DNA of 38,903 bases, the filler included, from Hemiscyllium ocellatum (Eukaryota): the NCBI RefSeq assembly GCF_020745735.1. It is 2 parts of 2 records of this genome, joined end to end, with 100 filler letters (N's around TTAATTAATTAA, not from the genome) between each part and the next. Parts side by side here need not be neighbours in the genome. Positions count along the whole stretch, not along the records: positions 21,573 to 38,903 come from NC_083409.1; 1 more part is not named here. One strand, 5' to 3'. Shown here in pieces: positions 34,360 to 38,903 of the stretch. Position 1 is the stretch's first letter, and the number at the start of each line of letters is the position of its first letter. Under the pieces are notes generated by a model. It did no database searches, was not told the origin of the DNA, and saw only the letters and a program-made list of their open reading frames with translations. The position numbers and the translations under genes were made by a program.

Positions 34360-34680
34360 ATCTGTGTTATTCTGCACTGGCTGTAGGCAGTGCAATGATT
34401 TGGAGATGCCGGTGTTGGACTGGGGTGTACAAAGTTAAAAATCACACAACACCAGGTTATAGTCCAATAGGATTAATTGGAAGCACACTAGCTTTCGGAG
34501 CGCCGCTCCTTCATCAAGGGAGTGTCCTCCACAACCACCTGATGATGAAGTGGCGCTCCGAAAGCGAGTGTGCTTCCAATTAATCCTATTGGACTATAAC
34601 CTGGTGTTGTGTGATTTTTAACTCTGTATCTCAATGAGTGTGAGTATGTTACTCTGTGCTGCCTGTCGGTGTCTCTGAGG
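34160..34680. repeat. diverged paralogue of the 43-bp minisatellite with (TG)n, an inverted unit and a palindromic insert
   Basis: Units gtgttactc(a/t)gtgctgcctgtaggtgtc present and collinear with 15825-16007. Confidence 0.85.
34433..34623. repeat. 191-bp palindrome made of two inverted PLE termini
   Basis: Arms 34433-34504 and 34552-34623 are reverse complements with 1 mismatch in 72 bp. Confidence 0.93.
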
Positions 34681-34861
34681 TATTTGTCTCTGAGTGATGG
34701 GGGGGGGAGAATGGCCTTTGTGATGGGGATTGAAGATTAGGCTTTAATGTTGTCAAATCTCGAAAGAAAAAAACACTCAGTCTGAGATGGCAGCTCATTG
34801 AGGTGGCCAAGGTTAAAAATCACACAACACCAGGTTATAGTCCAACAGGTTTCTTTGGAAG

Positions 34862-34896
34862 TACAAGCTTTCGGAGCATTGCTCCTTCATCAGGCA
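34862..34896 (-). ncRNA. candidate minimal type-I hammerhead ribozyme in a PLE terminus
   Basis: - strand UGC CUGAUGA A GGAGC AAU GCUCC GAAA GCUU GUA: intact core, 5-bp stem II, palindromic AGCU stem III, 3-bp stem I. Confidence 0.6.
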
Positions 34897-35387
34897 GCTA
34901 ATGGGGCAGGATCATAGTTCACAGAATTTACAGTGAAATTGAGATGGCAGCTGAGAAAGGTGAATACTGAGAGTATATTCTCAGTAAGGGAGGGATTTCA
35001 GAGGCAGTGCACACTGTGCTCCCTAATGTGCTCCCAATTACAAGGGGATTTTCTGGAGCTGGAATCATTGCAGTAGTGGCTGTCTGCTCAGCCAATGCTG
35101 ACTAGCCATAGTCGTATTTCAATGGTCAATAAGCTCTAAACTAGATGCAGTAATATTACCTTACAGGGAGGAGAGCAGTGAGTGAGGTTGAATTCTTGCA
35201 GCCCCAAGAGGGATTGCAGTGGATTAATGAAGGGTGCTACCACCATGAAGGTGCCACCTTCACTCCCCCTGCCTCAGCTGTGGTGACCTTCAGGTTAAAC
35301 ACACCACCAGTCATCTCTGTCTGTAATGAGCAAGTGGGACGATGCTCCTCTGGGATGATGTCCACTTTCCTGGTGCTGGAGGGAAGG

Positions 35388-35523
35388 AGAAAGTGAAGAC
35401 TGCAGATGGTGGAGATCAGGGTCAAGAGTGTGTTGATGGGAAACGCAGCCGGTCAGGCAGCATCTGAGGAGCAGGATAATCAATGCTTTTGGCATAAGCT
35501 CTTCATTAGGAATGGAAGGAAGG
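35388..35523 (-). mobile_element. 136-bp solo PLE terminus with apparent GGAAGG target-site duplication
   Basis: Absent from the paralogous site at ~16675-16690; GGAAGG at 35382-35387 and 35518-35523. Confidence 0.65.
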
Positions 35524-35879
35524 CCAACCTCTCCCAAAGGCAGCAACAGGCTGGGTCAAAGGGGCATCAAGAGTAAGCATGGGGAGGTTGAGGGTGACAG
35601 AAGGAGGGGGTTGGTTGGCAGGTTGTTATTCAGAGTCAGGTCCCAGAGTATCAGTCCTTCTGACACTCCCCTTTTTATCTGTCAGCGGGGCTCCCTGATT
35701 GGACAAGGTTAACAGCCCATCAAGGAACTTATATTTTATTGAAAAAAAACATTTATTGAACAAGGAGCACAAGAGCTAAACGAGACAAGATAAAATGAAT
35801 GGTTTCATTACGAACATCACAAATGAGATTTGGGAAATAAGATGTTCATTCTGGGTGATGGGAATCTGGAATGGACTGT

Positions 35880-36215
35880 CACAGACTCACAGTGTGGAAA
35901 CAGGCCATTTGGCCCAACAAGCCAACACCAACCCTCTGAAGACAGACTCCCTGAGACTCATTCCCCTACCCTTTTACTCAACAATTCCCCTGACTGACAG
36001 ATTCTTGATCACTGTGGCAATTTTAGAATGGCCAATTCACATAACCTGCTCATCTTTGGATTGTGGGAGGGAACTGGAGCACACGGAGGAAACCCACACA
36101 GACACAGGGGGAGCGTGCAAACTCCACAAAGACAGTCACCTCGGGCTGGAATCGAACCCAGGTCCTTGGTGCTGTGAGGCAGCAGTGCTAACCACTGAGC
36201 CACCATACTGCACAT
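35880..36215 (-). mobile_element. V-SINE (HE1-like)
   Basis: Same architecture as 25941-26255 with a well-preserved head ggtggctcagtggttagcactgctgcctcacagcacc. Confidence 0.85.
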
Positions 36216-36829
36216 GAAAGAACAGGAGCTTTTGTTAAACTCCGTGAGCCTGACGTGATATGAATTATAAACACACAACCCTCTGTCAGGGAAGGTAGTG
36301 AGGCTTGGAAACCTTACAACATTTAAATATCATAACATGCAAGGATTTGGGATAAGTGCAGGAATTGGGATTAGAGTCCCTTTAGCAGTAGTTATGCCAG
36401 TGCAGACTCAATGGGCCAAAGGGCCTTTTCTGTGCTGTATCAATCTACGCTCCAAGCTGAGAGGGGGGTACAGGTTAATGGTGACTAGGTTAGACAGTTC
36501 CAAGATGGCAAATCAATGATCAAGGGTCAGAGGAAATGGCTCAAGCTTCAGTGAAGGCCCAAGTAAGTGCTTGGGAGGAGGGTCAAGGTCATTGGAGACT
36601 GAGCGAGAGCACAGGGTGCTGCCTGGCATCTCCAGGGATTGTAGTGAGGCATGTGGTGACAAGAGGGGAGTGTGTAGGGAGGAAGTGCAGTTTCAGTTGA
36701 AATGCAACCTTTGTCCAGTAACAGCATGATTTCAGCACCAGGGGGTGTCCCTGACTGTGTCAGGCTCACTGGCTGCTCTCTGTGTGATTCCACACAGCCA
36801 CCAATGTGGTCACCACGCAAGATCTTGCT

Positions 36830-37050
36830 CTTGTCTACACTACTGTCTACACCACCATCTGCAACTACCGTTTGGACCTTCTGTCTACAACACCATCTGC
36901 TCCCACCATCTGCACCTCGGTCTGCACCACCGTCTGTACCCACTATCTGCACCCAGTATCCACAGCCACTGTCTAGTCCCTTGTTTGCACCCACCATCTA
37001 CACCCACTGTCTACACTGCTGTCTGCACCCTCCATCTACACCTCCCATCT
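36830..37050. repeat. degenerate ~12-13-bp tandem repeat (caccatctgcac / cactgtctacac)
   Basis: Recurrent (c/t)(a/g)tct(a/g)cac motif read directly. Confidence 0.75.
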
Positions 37051-37619
37051 TTCTGCTGCTGTAAGATAGTATCCAATGATTCCATTGAGATTACTGCACC
37101 CGAAGCCTGAATTCTAGAACCGGCAATGATTGTCTTCTAACTCTGACCTACAAAGTCTGTGTTCCATGTAATGGAAAATTAACAAAATTAACATTTACTC
37201 TGAAATCCATTTACTCTGAAACCTGAAAGACAGTGCTTGACTAAAATTAAAACTTTCTGACACTTTGCTGAAGTTGCAGTCGGGGGACAGCTTCTCTCTG
37301 AGGAACTTTGTAAATATTCAACAAGAGAAAAATATAAGAACAGTCTGTCCACAACAAGGGAATGAAAAGAATAACAACTCAAATCTTCACAGTCTTTGTC
37401 CTTGAGAGTGTGATAAGAAACAGGATAAGGCGAATATCTGAATTATGCTCAGGCCCTTGCACAAGGCATTTTTGTCAAGTGCATGTGGTCCCCCTGCAAT
37501 GCAGAGGTTAAAAAAAAAATAAAGCTCTTTTTGGTTGCTCTTGCTAATAGTTGAGTCGAGTCAATTTAATTTCCACAACATTCCACAATGGGCTGAGTAA
37601 TATTAATGACTGAATGCTA

Positions 37620-38090
37620 TTTGATTTCTGTGATGGCAGGACTGACGTATAAGGAGAGGTTGAGTTGGTGAGGATTGTGTTCACTGGAGGTTAAAACAAT
37701 TAAGGAAGGGAATCTTGGAGAAAGCTGTAAAATTGGAACAGGATGTGAGACAAGTCAAATGGAGTAAGGATGTTCCCAATGGTGGGGAAGTCCAGAACCA
37801 GGTTCATAGTTTAGGTTAAGAGGTAAACTCTATAGGACAGAGATGAGGAAAAATGTCTTCACCCAGAGAGTGGTGAGCCTGTGGAATTCTCTGTCACAGA
37901 AAGTGGTTTGAGGCCAAAACATTATGTTTTCAAGAAGGGAGTGAGACAGCTCTTGTGGGAAGGAACAAGCATAGGGGGTAGGGAGGGATTACAGTATTGT
38001 GCTCCATGATCAGCCACAATCATATTGAGAGGCAGAGCAGGCTGGAGGGGCCGATGGCTACTCCTGCTCCTATCCTCTATGTTTCTACAT
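37620..38090 (+). mobile_element. decayed CR1 3' fragment
   Basis: gagatgaggaaaaatgtcttcacccagagagtggtgagcctgtggaattc and tail ggccgatggctactcctgctcctat. Confidence 0.75.
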
Positions 38091-38369
38091 TGCGTAAAAT
38101 AGATTGCCAGGTGGAGGGCACTCTGTCAGATGGGTAAGTATCCATTCACAGATTCCCCCCACACCACTCCCCTTCCATTTTAATTGGGTCCACTCCCTCT
38201 CTTCCTATGTCTTTGTTATCTGACCAGTGACCACGCCTCCCCTTCACCACCCCGGCAGGGAGCTGTGCTTATAACCCATCCTTTGTTTTAATTTGCTAAC
38301 TGGGTGATGTGGCGGTGGGGCTTTCAAAAACAGGAATCCCTTGACTGATTTTGTTGTGTGCCTCCTCAA

Positions 38370-38670
38370 TATGGGCGACACAGCACTGCTGCCTCACAGA
38401 GCCAGGGAGCCAGGTTCGAGAGTCACACAGCACAGAAATAGGCCCTTCGGCCCACCAAGTCTATGCCAACCACCACACACTAAACTACACTAATCCCATT
38501 TACCCGCAGTTGTCTGGAGCCTACTGTCTCCTGAAATAAAATGCTTTCCAAATGTATTTTTAAAGGTTGTGAGATTTTTCAGCCTGCACCACCCTCTCAG
38601 GCAGCATGTTCCACATAGCTACCACACACTGGGTCAAAACATACTTTCTCCTTAATCTTATGACCCCTGG
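38370..38670. mobile_element. V-SINE head fragment (+) abutting a CR1 3' tail (-)
   Basis: agcactgctgcctcacagagccaggga..ggttcga followed by cagcacagaaataggcccttcggccc. Confidence 0.55.
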
Positions 38671-38903
38671 TCTTAAACAGGTCTGGGTGAGGAGCGGAGG
38701 CTGCAGAACAGGTGAGAGGTCAGGAGTGGAGAGAGGGAGAACAGTGTGAGGGTGAGGAAGGAGGCTGGAGCAGGAAGATGCTTGTGTTCTGGAAAGCAGC
38801 ACAAATAGGGAAGAGATCCAAGATCTGGTGGGAATAGTCTCCATGCTTCCTAACAGTAGCCTTTATGGTGGGAAAGAGAATAAATCAGGAGATAATGAGG
38901 GCC

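Noticed and set aside
36548-37110. 120-149-aa ORFs on both strands
   Set aside because: Low-complexity translations of the tandem repeat

Overview
Repeat-rich cartilaginous-fish (shark) genomic DNA carrying parts of two paralogous immunoglobulin kappa-type (type III/NS4-like) light-chain clusters on the + strand. The shark assignment is inferred from the Ig cluster layout and the CR1, V-SINE and Penelope families present. Cluster A shows only a C exon (14648-14954) with a 22-bp frameshifting deletion; no V or J was found in the 14.6 kb upstream. After a 100-bp scaffold gap (21473-21572), cluster B is complete in layout: promoter, leader (21995-22043), V (22230-22525), 12-RSS, 23-RSS, J (23037-23071) and C (31635-31963). 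It is damaged at almost every checkpoint: variant octamer, Cys23->Trp, in-frame TGA, TACAGTG heptamer, GC instead of GT at the J donor, and a -1/+1 frameshift pair in C. About 6 kb around the two C exons is homologous. The rest is CR1, Tx1/L1-like, Penelope-like (PLE) and SINE sequence. Notable extras are minimal hammerhead-ribozyme motifs in PLE termini (one with an intact core at 34862-34896, - strand), a near-perfect 191-bp palindrome, and a ~1.4-1.5-kb inverted duplication containing an unidentified exon-like cassette. TE boundaries and percent identities were read by eye and are approximate.
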